A stretch of 63,329 nt of DNA, filler included, from Stramenopiles sp. TOSAG23-6 (GCA_900128565.1; 28 parts of 28 records of this genome joined end to end with filler, not necessarily neighbours in it); one strand, 5' to 3'; shown: positions 37,072 through 50,349, numbered from the whole stretch's first letter. Numbers and translations: made by a program. Notes: generated from the letters alone by a model not told the origin.

Positions 37072-38319
37072 TCGGCCTTTAATTTTATGTCAACCTATAA
37101 TGATTGAAATTACCCGAGGTGTATTAGTAAGAGCTCTAGCATCACATGGAGGTGGTGCTAATGGAACAAAACGGGTCAATTCTCGTATATTAGATTTAGT
37201 GTTATATATATTAGTTATGTATGTTTTATTTATTTATTTATTTATTTTTTTTTGATTAATTGTTTTTCATACGAAATTTTGTACCTAACATTTTTTTTAA
37301 GATTTTTTTTTGAAATATTTTTCTAAAATACATTTCAATACAAATTGTAAAGGAACATTGTTTTACATCATGTAAAGATGCAAAAGAAGCTGCTCAAACG
37401 TATGCAAATGCAAAACAAGATGCTTTGGAAAAAACAAAATTGTGTTATCAGATAGAAAAATTATACAAACAACAAAATCAACAACAAAATCAACAAAAAA
37501 ATCAACAAAAAAATCAACAACAAAATCAACAACAAAATCAACAACAAAATCAACCACAAAACTCTACAATAACTAGTACAACTACCCCGCCCCCACCACC
37601 ACCACCTACAGATTCAAATGATGATGATTTTGATGATATTGATGATGTTCATGATTATGATATTGATTATGATGAATTATTAGCAGAAGAAGATAACCTG
37701 ATATCAAGGATGATGAACCCTAACCCTAACACTACAACAACTAACCCTAACCCTAACCCTAACCTTACAACTACAATAAATGATGTATTAGTAGCAGAAC
37801 AAAATGCCACGAAATCAATGGAAAAATGTGAAAAGTGTTATTTAGACTTTTTAGTTTCAGATTATGTATATTTTATTTATTTTTTTTTCAAAAAAATCGA
37901 ATTATTTTTTCGTACGAAATTTTGTACCTAACAAAATTTTTTAGATTTTTTTTGAAATATTTTTTCAAAATACATTTACCAGCTTTATCGCGTGAAGATT
38001 CTCAATCCAATTTGAGTATTTTAACTTTATTATTAGAAATAGAAGAACAATCAAATAATGAAAATTTTGATGAACCAGACATAAATATGACGTCACCATT
38101 AGGGTTAGGGTTAGATGATTCACAAAAGGGAAATATTGAATGGATTTTGGATAGAGTTAGTCAAGATAATATTGATTGTAAAAAAAAAATACAAATATTT
38201 CGTGATTTAAAAAAAAAAAAAAGACAAGAAACATCAAAACATAATTCTCTACGCTCGGCTGTTGGTGATAAAAAGAAGCAAATGGCTTTAAATGTTCAAA
38301 AACGAATGATGGAAAATAT
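37072..38319 (+). CDS. Internal exons (37072-37218, 37334-37865, 37976-38319) of a large protein, possibly a UBR-type E3 ligase
   Basis: Frame maintained across GT-AT introns 37219-37333 and 37866-37975; SILTLLL...IEWIL...QKRMMENM loosely resembles the pre-RING region of UBR1 (weak). Confidence 0.5.
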
Positions 38320-38377
38320 GTATGTTGTATTATTTTGTTATCATTATTATTATTATTTTTTTTTTTTTAAATTTTTT

Positions 38378-38409
<32 letters not shown>

Positions 38410-38594
38410 TTAAATTTTTTTTTTTTTTTTTTTAATTTAAAATTTTTTTTTTTCTTAGGAAATTTTTTACCAAAAAAATTTTAAATTTTTTTTTNNNNNN
38501 NNNNNNNNNNNNNNNNNNNNNNNNNNNNNNNNNNNNNNTTAATTAATTAANNNNNNNNNNNNNNNNNNNNNNNNNNNNNNNNNNNNNNNNNNNN

Positions 38595-39830
38595 CTTATT
38601 GTTGGCCCTTATGACACGTCACTACCTGCAGAACAGAGTAATTTACAATTTTTTTACACCCGAGAGGAAGGGCCATCCGGTGGTGCTGCTGGTATGCCAG
38701 TTCATTGTGTTGTATCTTTTGTAGAACATTATATAAAATCTGATGCACTTGATACAAATACAATCTGGGAAGTGTTGGGAAATCAGAATTGCACAGACGA
38801 TATTTCACGAAATAATTTATTTGTTGTTGAATCTAGTGATACAATTCCTACCAAACAAAAACAGACTAGCGATTCTTCAAATATGGTTACAGATGCAGAT
38901 GCTTGCGAAACCTCTAATGATATAAAAGACTCAACTACAACTACTGAATCGACGGTAATGAAAACTAAAAATAGTGATGAAATGAAAAATATTGTACCTT
39001 TAAATAATTCAACAATTTCAAATCCGAATCAGGTTTTTGATATTAATGCAAATATTTCAGTGTTCCAGAAGCGTTTGCAGAGTATGAGTGACGCTTTTGC
39101 GAAGAATTTGAGCTCTAATACCCCTGAAGCAAAGCAGATAAAAGATATGCAAGAACAATTAGCTATATGTCAACAGCGAGAAGTAGAAATGCAGAAATTA
39201 CGAATGCTTCAGCAAAAGTGGATAAAAAATGCATCTAAAGAATCTAAAGTGAATGATATTTCTACATTTTCAGATTTGTTGATTACATCCACAGATGGAT
39301 CATTTTCGACGAATATAACGGAAAAGAAGAATACTATAAAACTTTTGAAATCTTCCTGTAAAAAAAATAAGGTCAAAAGAGCAGTTGCGATATCCAATGA
39401 AGCAGCAGTCAAAAGAGCAGTTGTGGTATCAAAGCAAGCAGAAGAATTTGTGTTGCGTCTTACTGAACAAAACTTAACTTCTATTGCGGAAGAAGCTTCT
39501 CGAAGGTTTATTGCTAATTATGGTAGAGCGAGTAAAAATATGGAAAATCTGTGTGCACAATTAGTCGACGTATTGCGGCATTTTTCCGTGCATTCACATC
39601 GGGTTGATTTTGAGTCCTCTTGGCGTGGTCAGTTGACTAAATCAAAAAAGCTTGTCGCTTCTTTGAGACCATGGATTTCGTTATTCCCTATGCATATTTC
39701 AAATGCAGATAGTTTTCTGGTTGATTTGCTTGAAGTAGTTCGATGTTTTTGGAAACTTTCGAAACCTTGTCGCAAGAAGGAGGGAAGACGGAGAAAGAAA
39801 CATAAAGCATCCAATCGTAAACGGAAATGA
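38595..39830 (+). CDS. Unknown protein, probably 5' partial
   Basis: ORF of at least 378 aa with a basic C-terminus. Confidence 0.55.
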   Translation, partial: LIVGPYDTSLPAEQSNLQFFYTREEGPSGGAAGMPVHCVVSFVEHYIKSDALDTNTIWEVLGNQNCTDDISRNNLFVVESSDTIPTKQKQTSDSSNMVTDADACETSNDIKDSTTTTESTVMKTKNSDEMKNIVPLNNSTISNPNQVFDINANISVFQKRLQSMSDAFAKNLSSNTPEAKQIKDMQEQLAICQQREVEMQKLRMLQQKWIKNASKESKVNDISTFSDLLITSTDGSFSTNITEKKNTIKLLKSSCKKNKVKRAVAISNEAAVKRAVVVSKQAEEFVLRLTEQNLTSIAEEASRRFIANYGRASKNMENLCAQLVDVLRHFSVHSHRVDFESSWRGQLTKSKKLVASLRPWISLFPMHISNADSFLVDLLEVVRCFWKLSKPCRKKEGRRRKKHKASNRKRK

Positions 39831-40042
39831 AATTGCACTTTAAATGAGTCCTGATGAGTGTAGACTATTTAAAAAAGGTGAAACAACATCTGAATATATT
39901 ATTTTATATGATAGATTTTACATAGAGTAGATACCCCCTTAACAGTTTTAAGTACAGATTGTAGTACAAAAGCTGATTTCGATATTTAAAATAGAACTTC
40001 TAAAATATACCTTCACATTCCCAATATTTTTTCTTTTTATTA

Positions 40043-40758
40043 TTATCCACGTGTTTTGTTTTCTCCATATTGCTTCGGAGTTTGATTCACAATGCGCTTA
40101 TCTTTACTCTTGATCATACTGTTACGAATGTTGACGTCACTCTCTACGATGTGACTCCAACTACACACTAATCTTCCATCTAATGGTGTGAACCAATCGC
40201 AATGTGTAAATTCTTCTATAATGTATCGAATTATATCTAATGGTATTGAAATTCCTACGTCACAGAATCGACGTACACATGAAAGAAATGCTATCATAGA
40301 TTTCTTGAATATTGTCGGGAAAAGATGATGTGTGGATGGATTCCAAGGCCGAAGAACTTCGGAACGAACCTGTAGTATTGCATAGCAACCTGCCCACTGA
40401 CGTCTCCTAGCAATGGCGAGAATTCTCGGATTCTTTGTCGCTCCGTGTCGAATTAAAGCGTGTGTGACATTTACATGCCCTTCGCTGGCAGCAAGATATA
40501 AAGGTGTAACACCAGAGTCATTCTTTTGGTCAATGATGGCACCAGCATCAATTAGTGCTTTGACTGCATTTATATTCCCTCTAAATGCGGCGATATGTAA
40601 TGGCGTGTAACCACCAACTTTTGCTATATTGACATCAGCATTTGCTTTCGATAATAATTTAATGCAAAATCCATTGTCTCTCTGAGATGCTTTCCATATC
40701 GGAGTCGCCCCTCTATTACTTGCCTTATTTACATCAGCTCCCTCAGATATAAGATATT
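40043..40758 (-). CDS. Ankyrin-repeat protein, 5' partial
   Basis: Minus-strand translation GADVNKAS.RGATPIW, GYTPLHIAAFRGN, GVTPLYLAASEGH continuing into ORF 40043-40297. Confidence 0.85.
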
Positions 40759-40883
40759 NNNNNNNNNNNNNNNNNNNNNNNNNNNNNNNNNNNNNNNNNN
40801 NNTTAATTAATTAANNNNNNNNNNNNNNNNNNNNNNNNNNNNNNNNNNNNNNNNNNNNAAAAAAAATATTTTTCAAAATATAT

Positions 40884-42423
40884 TTACTTGGTATTCGAAA
40901 GTTAATGTTGTCATCAACGAGTATAAAGACTCGAGGGTTTCGTCGTACACTTTTATTGTCCTTTGTGCCAGATGAAGAAATTGGAGGAAAAGATGGCATG
41001 GGTGCATTTCTAGCTTCAAGTGAATTCTCTGAGTTACCACCTATTGGTCTCGCATTAGATGAGGGATTAGCTAAACATGTTTGTTTTCATCATTTTTTTT
41101 TTTTCAATTTCATTTTTTTTTCGTAGGTAATTTTGTACCTAACAAAAATTAAATTTTTTTTTTTTGAAATATTTTCACGAAATACATGGAAAACCTGGTG
41201 AGTGTACTGTTTTTTATGGAGAACGATCTCCTTGGTGGATTATTGTAAAAGCAAAAGGACCAACTGGGCATGGATCACGTTTCATTGAAAATCCTGCCAC
41301 GCATCGTCTCCTTCGAGTTGCAGAAAAAGCATTGAAGTATCGTAAAGAACAAGAAGCTTCATTAGGATATTGTGAACATCATATACGTTAGCCCTAACCC
41401 TAATCATGAATTTCAAATTTATTTTTTTTTCTACAATTTTTTGTACCTAACCTAACAAAAATTGTACTTTAAAAAAAATATATTTTCAAACAAATTATGG
41501 AGGTTGTAAACATGCATTGGCTAAGAAACTAGGTGATGTCACTACAGTCAATCTAACAATGTTAAAAAGCGGTGTATCTGGTGATGGAGTACGTGTTCAT
41601 CATTAATTTAAATTTTTGTTTTTGAATTTTTTTTTTTTGTACTACATTTTGTACCTAATGAATTNNNNNNNNNNNNNNNNNNNNNNNNNNNNNNNNNNNN
41701 NNNNNNNNNNNNNNNNNNNNNNNNNNNNNNNNNNNNNNNNNNNNNNNNNNNNNNNNNNNNNNNNNNNNNNNNNNNNNNNNNNNNNNNNNNNNNNNNNNNN
41801 NNNNNNNNNNNNNNNNNNGGAAGATGTACGTTTTCAAAATTGAATTTCGAATTTTTTTTTTGTACGAAAATTTTGTACCTAACAAAAAATGTTACATTTT
41901 TGAAATATTTGTTTATAATACGGTATCATGGGAGTTTGCCCCGTGGACTCAGCCCTTACAGCAGCACTATATCACGCCGGTCAGTTCATCAGTAGACTCT
42001 TCAGGGAATCAAAGTAAAGCATCTGCGTGTATGTCATCTCTCTCCATGAAATCAAGGTCAAAACCCTAACCCTAACGAAAACTTGAATTAATTTTTTTTT
42101 TAACTATGAAATTTTGTACCTAACAAATTTAATTTTTTTTTTTTGAAATATTTTCATCATATACATGGTGGACAGTATTTGAAGAAGCAACCAAAGCTGC
42201 TGGAATCACAGTATGTCCTGAGGTTTTTCCAGCTGCTACTGATAGTCGATTTTTACGTCAAAAAAAAATTGCTGCATTTGGATTTTCACCAATGTCGGCG
42301 ACTCCAATTTTGTTGCATGAGCATGATGAATGGATCGGTGAAAAAACGTTTTTATCGGGTATAGATATATACAGTAAAATGCTACCAATTATTGTCAATG
42401 CTCCTATACTTATCGATGAGTAA
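40884..42423 (+). CDS. ACY1: Aminoacylase-1 (M20A peptidase), 5' partial; introns 41079-41187, ~41383-41498, 41589-gap, ~41826-41919, 42029-42166
   Basis: SFVPDEEIGG, ALDEGLA, VFYGERSPWW, GHGSRF, LGDVTTVNLT, EVFPAATDSRFLR, TPILLHEHDE. Confidence 0.92.
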
Positions 42424-42548
42424 TATACATGTCCAAAATGTGACTGGAATAAAGAAACATCTTACTTAACGAATTTTTATAAATTAAAAAAAAATAAAAA
42501 ATTTAAAAAAAACCCTAACCCTAATATAAATTAATGGTACAGATGACA

Positions 42549-42966
42549 TTATACGTTTTCATGATGAGTATCTACATGAATAAATAAATCACTTAAACAA
42601 CAAAACCAATCTCTCGATGATGGATTCTTAGTGGAAATGCTTCCTCGAAGAGTGACTATTTCAGAAGTGTCATTATAAAATGGAATTCTGAAATTTTTTC
42701 TTTGCACTGTCATGTTACTATATTGGTCCCACTGACCAATTTGTTTTTTCCCTAAATAAAATGTAACTATCCCATGAAATGGGTTTGTTCCACCTGCAAG
42801 ATTTAGAATATATTTCCCACGCCGAAGGGGGAACTTCTTCTCCCACATGTCACCTTTTGCAGGTGGAAGTTGTGAAAAAGTCCTGTACCTACTTCGAATG
42901 CCACCTACATTTGTTATTATAATTTTACTGCCATTCAGTACTTTTGAATCCTTTCTGATCAACAGA
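42549..42966 (-). CDS. Last exon of an unknown protein with a beta-rich domain
   Basis: ORF follows the family 3' end CCAAAATGCAT. Confidence 0.45.
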
Positions 42967-43416
42967 ATGCATTTTGGAAAAATATTTCAAAAAAAAATCG
43001 TTAGGTACAAAATTTCGTACGNNNNNNNNNNNNNNNNNNNNNNNNNNNNNNNNNNNNNNNNNNNNTTAATTAATTAANNNNNNNNNNNNNNNNNNNNNNN
43101 NNNNNNNNNNNNNNNNNNNNNGTTGTTGTTGTTCAACGTTGTTGATTGAATTATCCATGAGCAAGCAGGTTTGCGCGTGAATTTTTCTTTTTTTTCGTGA
43201 TTCTGATTGGCCGGTTGATCGATCATCGATCAAGGATTAGTGGCTGGTAACACTTCTTCAATGTTATGCATCTAACATCCGGGAAGTGTCTGCGCACTAC
43301 ACGATATTTGAGACGCAATTGTTCACTTTGAGATATCGATATCATCAGTTGTGTTGACTTCACTTTGTTTTGTTCGTCGGGTAGTCTTCAGTGAACGATA
43401 TTGAGTGAAGCTTTAC

Positions 43417-45245
43417 ATGTCACGGCATATTCCAGAACCAACAAAATCTACCAAAGAATGGCTGAAGTCTACTAGTGAAAAGCTCTTAGGTGATATTGAT
43501 GAAATAGAATTATGCAAGGGCACGTCAAGTTCATATGATACAAATCAATGGGGCGAGTGGACCCCAGAGCCAACTTCGTTGCCTTCGGCTGATAAGTACG
43601 CAGATCTTGACGCGTATGAACGTACTTTAAAAAGAAGTACTGGGACAATTGAAGAAAAGTGTAATGCTACAAACGCTGACATCGAAATGAAACCTATACG
43701 TACAGGTTCTAATTTCTCCCAAGTGGCTCATTCATGGGACCTTGGTGCTCAAGTGAGTCGCTTACATCCAGAAGATTGTTTAGAATCTTCGACAACTGTG
43801 AAACCACAATCTTGTACAACTGAGCCAATTTATAGATTATTTGGTTTATGTAAACAATATTCCAATATTGCTTCTCTTTATCAAGAAAATGCTGATGAAT
43901 TGAGTATAGATAAGGAAAAATGTTTCTGTCCAATATCAACTTTTCTCATGGAAGATCCAGTTACTCTATTTACCGATAAAACGAGCTACGATCGGTGGTA
44001 TGTATGTTTTATTTTTNNNNNNNNNNNNNNNNNNNNNNNNNNNNNNNNNNNNNNNNNNNNNNNNNNNNNNNNNNNNNNNNNNNNNTATTTTTCCAAAATA
44101 CATCTCCTTCATTTTTTTCAGTCTAATGGTGATATTCATCCTGTAACACTAACGCCTTTATCTGACAAATCATATTTTGCAAATGATGAATTAAAAAAAA
44201 AATGTGAAAAATATTTCAGACAAACAGATAAACAACGTCAGTTGCATAAAAAATTAAGTATACTTTTACGTAGAGTGTATCAAATATGTGCTGAAGAAAA
44301 GGTATTTCGTAGACAACGACTTGTAATTGAAGAATCTTATCATATAAAGGATAAAATATTTGAAGATGTAAATAGAGGAATGAAATTTATAGAAAACATT
44401 TGTCCACATAACGAAATTGATGCAGGATTTGTTGAACCTATACAACAAAAACAACAAAAACGATGGCATACTTTATCAGATAATAGTGATGATATAGAGT
44501 CAACACATTCACAAGTGGAACCATTAGGAAAATGTCCAAAGTTTACACGAAATATTGAAAACGTAAAGAAACTAGAGCGGCCTAATGTTTGGGAAAATAT
44601 CCATTTACTCACGGAGAAAACATTATCATTAGCATCGAATACATTAAAATCACCATTAGCATCGAATACATTAAAATCACCATTAGCATCGAATACATTA
44701 AAAACAACCACAACAATGAAAAATTCTCCGAGTCCATGGTTACGTCATCAAGCTCAATCTCGAACTCGGTTTACTATACCCCTTCCATGTACATTTTCAT
44801 TATTTTTTTTGCCTATTTTTTTTTCATACGAAATTTTGTACCTAATAACAAAACTNNNNNNNNNNNNNNNNNNNNNNNNNNNNNNNNNNNNNNNNNNNNN
44901 NNNNNNNNNNNNNNNNNNNNNNNNNNNNNNNNNNNNNNNNNNNNNNNNATATTTTGGAAAAACAAATAGATCGACGACGTCAACGGCAACGAAATAGAAG
45001 TGCTGTAAAATTGGTACGGCGTCAGTTGTTAGACAGAATGGAAAATCAGGCGGAAATGTTTCATTCTCTTGTAGCAGGTTCTTTCCAACGTGAATCTGAA
45101 ATGAAAAAGCTTATACCTTGGAAATGTTGTGTCGATACGGCTACAAAAAAAAGACGAAAACGACAAAAGAAAAAGAGAAAAAATCGTGATTTGACTTTAA
45201 ATAATCAATTGAATGTAACGTTTGAAAAAATTGAGTCTGAAGCAT
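43417..45245 (+). CDS. U-box domain protein, 3' partial; introns 44002-44103 and ~44789-44969
   Basis: CFCPISTFLMEDPV...SYDRWY|LLHFF...HPVTLTPL...N.ELKK. Confidence 0.75.
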
Positions 45246-45385
45246 GTATGTTTTTTTTTTCAATTTCGAATTTATTTTCGTANNNNNNNNNNNNNNNNNN
45301 NNNNNNNNNNNNNNNNNNNNNNNNNNTTAATTAATTAANNNNNNNNNNNNNNNNNNNNNNNNNNNNNNNNNNNNNNNNNNNNCCA

Positions 45386-46045
45386 ATGGCGACAGCTCCA
45401 ACGACTAAAACAACAACAAAATCTTTAACTAAACCAACGGCGACAGCTCCAACGACTAAAATGGATATTGCTGATTCATCCAAAACGACAATGACTAATC
45501 AGAAAAAAACATCAGATATTGCAACCTCAAATACAAATGAGAATGTTACTGCAGATCCTGTAGTTATACCTTCTGCTGCTTCATTTAATGTTGAAGCTGT
45601 ACCATTTACCCCATCCTCTGAAAGTAAAACAGAGGCGGAGAAAAAGCTTGATACGACGAAAACATCTACAGCATTTGGAAGTTCAGGTTTTGGTACTGGA
45701 AATGTATTTGGTAATAATAACACTGGCTTTGTAAGTAGCTTCGGTACCTCATTTTCTGGAGGTTTTAGTGGTGCTAAAAGTGCTTTTGGTAATTCCACTA
45801 CACCTGCATTAACAGCTACTGAAACCACAACTACAGCAAGTTTTGCATCATCACCATTTGGTACATTCGGTGCTTTTGGTTCTGGTGGGTCGAGTGGCTT
45901 AACATTTGGTGCTCCCTCAACGATACCTGTACCAAAAATTCCAGAACCTCCATTGGAAAAGGCAAACCAACCTCCTCCACCTCCACCTGTTGATGCAAAG
46001 AAGAACAAGAAAAAGATTGATAAGGAATTAACTGAGTCTAAGTGA
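45386..46045 (+). CDS. C-terminal low-complexity region with FG repeats and a PAM2-like motif
   Basis: Repeated AFG/SFG/PFG; SFNVEAVPFTP. Confidence 0.5.
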   Translation: MATAPTTKTTTKSLTKPTATAPTTKMDIADSSKTTMTNQKKTSDIATSNTNENVTADPVVIPSAASFNVEAVPFTPSSESKTEAEKKLDTTKTSTAFGSSGFGTGNVFGNNNTGFVSSFGTSFSGGFSGAKSAFGNSTTPALTATETTTTASFASSPFGTFGAFGSGGSSGLTFGAPSTIPVPKIPEPPLEKANQPPPPPPVDAKKNKKKIDKELTESK

Positions 46046-46108
46046 TGGATGTGTTTTTCATAATAAAAATTTCTATGTAATGAAAAATATGAAATATTTC
46101 AAAATTAT

Positions 46109-47540
46109 TTATTTAAATGAAAGATACCATTGATTAAAAGTAACATCATCAGTGTGGAAACTATTACGAAAATATTCTAATTGTATAGGTAAAGATGGAC
46201 TCACTTGTGATAATTCTTTTACTTGTTGTTCATAAGTATCTCGATGACCAGGCTCCAACCAACAGTGTAAGCTTCTTGCAGCACGAGAGCCTTCATATAA
46301 ACATTTTATATGTGGATATGGAAATCGCCTTTTATTATTTGAATGCAATTGCTGAAGTATTTTTGGTACAAGAATGTTTCGAATACCCGGAGTTTTCATT
46401 GCATTATTACCTACCCATACAATAATTGTAGAGTATGTATCAAGTATTAATATGGAATTACTGTATATACTGATGGTACTCAATGGTACAGTAATAAAAT
46501 CATCAATATCTTTTTCACATATTGCATGTGGAGGAGCAGGTCCATAAGATTTTCCTTGGTCTGTATCATCACTAAATGTTCCAATATCATATAATGCACG
46601 CATTATTGGTTGCATTATTAATAAGCTTGAAGATTTCTTCCTATTTAAAAATATCGCTTTGATAACATCACAATCGCATTGATTTGAAACAAGTTTCCCT
46701 AAGAGTTGCCCTCTTTGAACAATAAACAAAATTTTCATAATATTAATTAATTTCTTGTTGATAACATTTGTTAATTTTTCAATTTTAGGAAGCGTTTTCA
46801 TGTATTGAATAATTTTATAAATTTCACTTTCCATTTCGATATTTTCTCTTTCCTTTTGTGTTTTCATTACTACTAATTTAGTATAGAGAATAGTAACATT
46901 ATTTTCCACTACTGATGCAATCCATTCTGTTTCAGTCTTGGCTTGACTCCATTTTGTCGTTTTTACAGTCATATTGTTATTTTTGCTATTTGTTATTATT
47001 AATTGTAGATAAACATTTTTCTGATTATTGATACATTTGTTAATATTCATTTCTAATGCAAGCCCTATATTTTCATCATATTTCCCCATCTTTAACCGAA
47101 AAACAGAATCAGTATTACTATGTTTATTACCCTTTGTATTTGATTGAGATATTTTATTACATTGTCCAATAATATTATTAATGGTGATAGATTTAGATAC
47201 TATAACATCAATGTAGCAATCACCTTGAGATTTTTGTTTTAGTATTGAACGCATATTTGCTATAAAAGCATCATCACAAGCCTTATGTAAAATAATAACA
47301 CCAGACGTTTTTTGTATAATATTGAGCAATGATTTTACTCCAAAATCTTTTAAACCAACGCATAAAACATCAACTGTAGTATTTTGAGATAATGCATTTT
47401 TACATTGTTCTTCATAAAATAAAATAGACTGTTGTAGAACTGTATTTGTATCATCTTCATACGTATAACTACTTGTTGAAAATCCTGTACTATATCCAGA
47501 ACTAGATCGATTAGATCTCATTATATTTGTACTAATATCA
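46109..47540 (-). CDS. Sec23-like COPII coat protein, 5' partial
   Basis: Trunk, beta-sandwich and gelsolin-like motifs: ILILDTYSTIIVWVG, RFPYPHI, EGSRAAR, TDDVTFNQW. Confidence 0.75.
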
Positions 47541-47640
47541 NNNNNNNNNNNNNNNNNNNNNNNNNNNNNNNNNNNNNNNNNNNNTTAATTAATTAANNNN
47601 NNNNNNNNNNNNNNNNNNNNNNNNNNNNNNNNNNNNNNNN

Positions 47641-48764
47641 AATCAAAGTTACTTCAACAAGTAGTGCTAGACATATCTAAAGCGTCGTTCGCCACTCGAA
47701 AAAGAAAATTAAAATCGTCCTCAGTGACTCGGAAGAAAAAAGTTCAACGAAAGAATCGGGTTATATCATGCCAAATTGTTCAGGCTCAAGAAAAAGATAG
47801 GAATGAAAAAGATTCAAAGTTATTGAAAGTTGAACGTAAGAGAAGGGCACTTACTCTCAATCACAGAATTTTACACTCCCTTGGATTTGATATCTTTACA
47901 ATGGATTTACGCCAGCTACCTCCAGTATATAAAGTTGAACGTAAGAGAAGGGCACTTACTAGCACTCACAGAATTTTACACTCCCTTGGATTTGATATCT
48001 CTACAATGGATTTACGACAACTACCTCCAGCACCATTACGTACGAATTGGATGGGTTGTAATGGATGTGTAACTACAAAGTGGTTTATCTTACCTTGTTT
48101 TGGTTTTACTGTGGCTCCAAAGAAAGATTGGTACTGCCCGATGTGTCCGAAGGAAAAAAAACAAGGATGTGCGAATATGACGTTTAAACGCAAAGCTAAT
48201 ACTACTAGCGAAAAAAAGAAGTCCGCGAAAAGAAAAAAGAAATTAAAGAAAGTAAAGACTGAATGTCTGTATACTGCCACATTTAGTAAACCTTCTGGTA
48301 TCGCTAGAAAAGAAACTCGAAATACTAGCAAAAACATGAATTATGTGAGAAAAGCAAAAGAGTTAAACGTCAAAACAGAGAGTTCCATTACTGCGACGTT
48401 CAGTTATTCAAAATCTCTTGGCAGAAAGAAAAAATCTAAAACAATTGTAAAAGTAAAGACTGGAAAAACAAAGGTCAATCCCTCATTTAGCAAACCTCTT
48501 AAAAAAGAAAAAAAAGTTAATCTTAAATTTGTCAAAGTTACTGATCACTGTCGTCAGGGGTGGAAGTTAGGACTTTGTTACAAGGTAAAGTGGGGGAAAA
48601 GGAAAAAAGTATATGAAGGTTATGTTATAGAAATAGCAGATAAAACTGGCTATGCAATGCTTGAGTCAAGAACTCCCGGTAAAAAATACAAACCATGGAT
48701 GTCTTCTTGGCCGCCTTTGGAAATGGAATGTCGTTTGAAAAATCGATGGATTAGAGTGAAATAA
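47641..48764 (+). CDS. Basic nuclear protein with a partial PHD-like finger and a 105-bp internal duplication, 5' partial
   Basis: WMGCNGC...WF...C.G....PKKDWYCPMC; KVERKRRALT...LRQLPP twice (47826-48030). Confidence 0.55.
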
Positions 48765-48991
48765 AAAAATGGCAAGCTAGGGTTAGGGTTAGTAAAAAAT
48801 AAGCGTTATTTTTAGGACGGTTACAGTGTGTGTATGAAAAAAAAGAGAGATACTGGACAAATAAGATTTTATTTGATCTAGTGATATCTTTTTTTAAAGT
48901 TCTTTTGTCGATATCATTCTTTGTTGTATCTTATAAATAGCGTATATCTTCTGAATTAGAGTAAGTACATTTTTTTCTATATTATATACAA

Positions 48992-49405
48992 ATGGATTCT
49001 CGGATAAAACAAGTGTTTCAAGTGTTTGACCAAGAGCAGGGGGATCAAATGTGTTGCAAGAAAACTTTTCCGACATTAGTGAGAGCTTTAGGTCAAAATC
49101 CTAATGAAAATCAGTTGAGAGAGGTAATGAAACAACTTCCCCAGTCGCAGTTTATATCTGTTCAAGATTTTACAGCTGTATTTAGAAAAATGAAATATGA
49201 GGATAAGATAAGTGCAACCGATATGACTTCAATGTTTAAGGTATTCAGTAAAGATGGGAAGACTTGTTCAAAAGCTGAGTTTAAGGATGGTCTTCAGCTT
49301 ATGGGTGACATATTAACTGATGCAGAGTTTAATATTTTGTGTAAGGAGGCTAAATTAACTGATGTTATAACTTTTGATCAATTTCAATCTATAATGTCTC
49401 GATAA
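48992..49405 (+). CDS. Calmodulin/myosin light chain-like EF-hand protein
   Basis: IKQVFQVFD, VRALGQNP.E, MFKVF, MGD.LTD.E. Confidence 0.8.
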   Translation: MDSRIKQVFQVFDQEQGDQMCCKKTFPTLVRALGQNPNENQLREVMKQLPQSQFISVQDFTAVFRKMKYEDKISATDMTSMFKVFSKDGKTCSKAEFKDGLQLMGDILTDAEFNILCKEAKLTDVITFDQFQSIMSR

Positions 49406-49465
49406 TAAATGTATATTGTAGATAGAACTCCAACTATTTTTTTATTGATTAGGGTACGTGTTACA

Positions 49466-49785
49466 TATTTACTCAAAAGCTATTTCGTTTGCAGTTTCTA
49501 TCAATGCGTTGTATAAAGGTAATTCGCTCGCAATATGAATACAATTGCTCCTATTGATTTTTTTTTAATGAACAAAGCATTAGTCATTGCTAGCACTGAA
49601 AAAAACTACTGCATTTTGAAGATCGATGCAATAGTTTTGGCAACTCATACATATTACCTATTTACTCAAAAGCTATATCGTTTGCAGTTTCTATCAATAC
49701 GTTGTATAAAGGTAATTCGCTCGCAATATGAATACAATTGCTGCTATTGATTTTTTTTTAATGAACAAAGCATTAGTCATTATAA
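49466..49785. repeat. Intergenic direct repeat (~125 bp, two copies ~193 bp apart)
   Basis: TATTTACTCAAAAGCTAT...GCATTAGTCATT occurs twice. Confidence 0.8.
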
Positions 49786-49950
49786 CACTAACAATTTNNN
49801 NNNNNNNNNNNNNNNNNNNNNNNNNNNNNNNNNNNNNNNNNTTAATTAATTAANNNNNNNNNNNNNNNNNNNNNNNNNNNNNNNNNNNNNNNNNNNNGTA
49901 CAAAATTTCGTACGAAAAAAAAATCGAAATTGAAAAAAAATAAAACATAC

Positions 49951-50349
49951 ATGACAACGCACAACGTGTACAAGTGCAGTGCAGTTACGAATATCAGCCA
50001 AGAATTTATTTCCCATACCTTCACCTTCACTTGCACCGGCAACTAAACCCGCAATATCAACAAATTTAAGTGTAGTTGGTTGCACTTTTTCACTATTATT
50101 TATTTCAGCTAATTTTTCCAGTCGTTCATCTGGAACCATTACTGTACCTACATTTGCATCAATTGTACAAAATGGGTAGTTGGCAGCCTGCGCGTTTACC
50201 GAAGAAGTCAGAGCGTTAAACAGAGTTGACTTACCCACGTTTGGAAGTCCAACTAGACCCGCTTGAAGTGATGAACCCGAACAATGACGTACCAGTGGAG
50301 GCATAACTTTCAGCAATGCAGAAAATTTGTGCTGACTGTGAAAGAGCAT
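49951..50349 (-). CDS. ychF: YchF/OLA1 Obg-family ATPase, organelle-targeted, first exon
   Basis: [47 protein letters not shown]; ends at cat|GTATGT. Confidence 0.92.
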
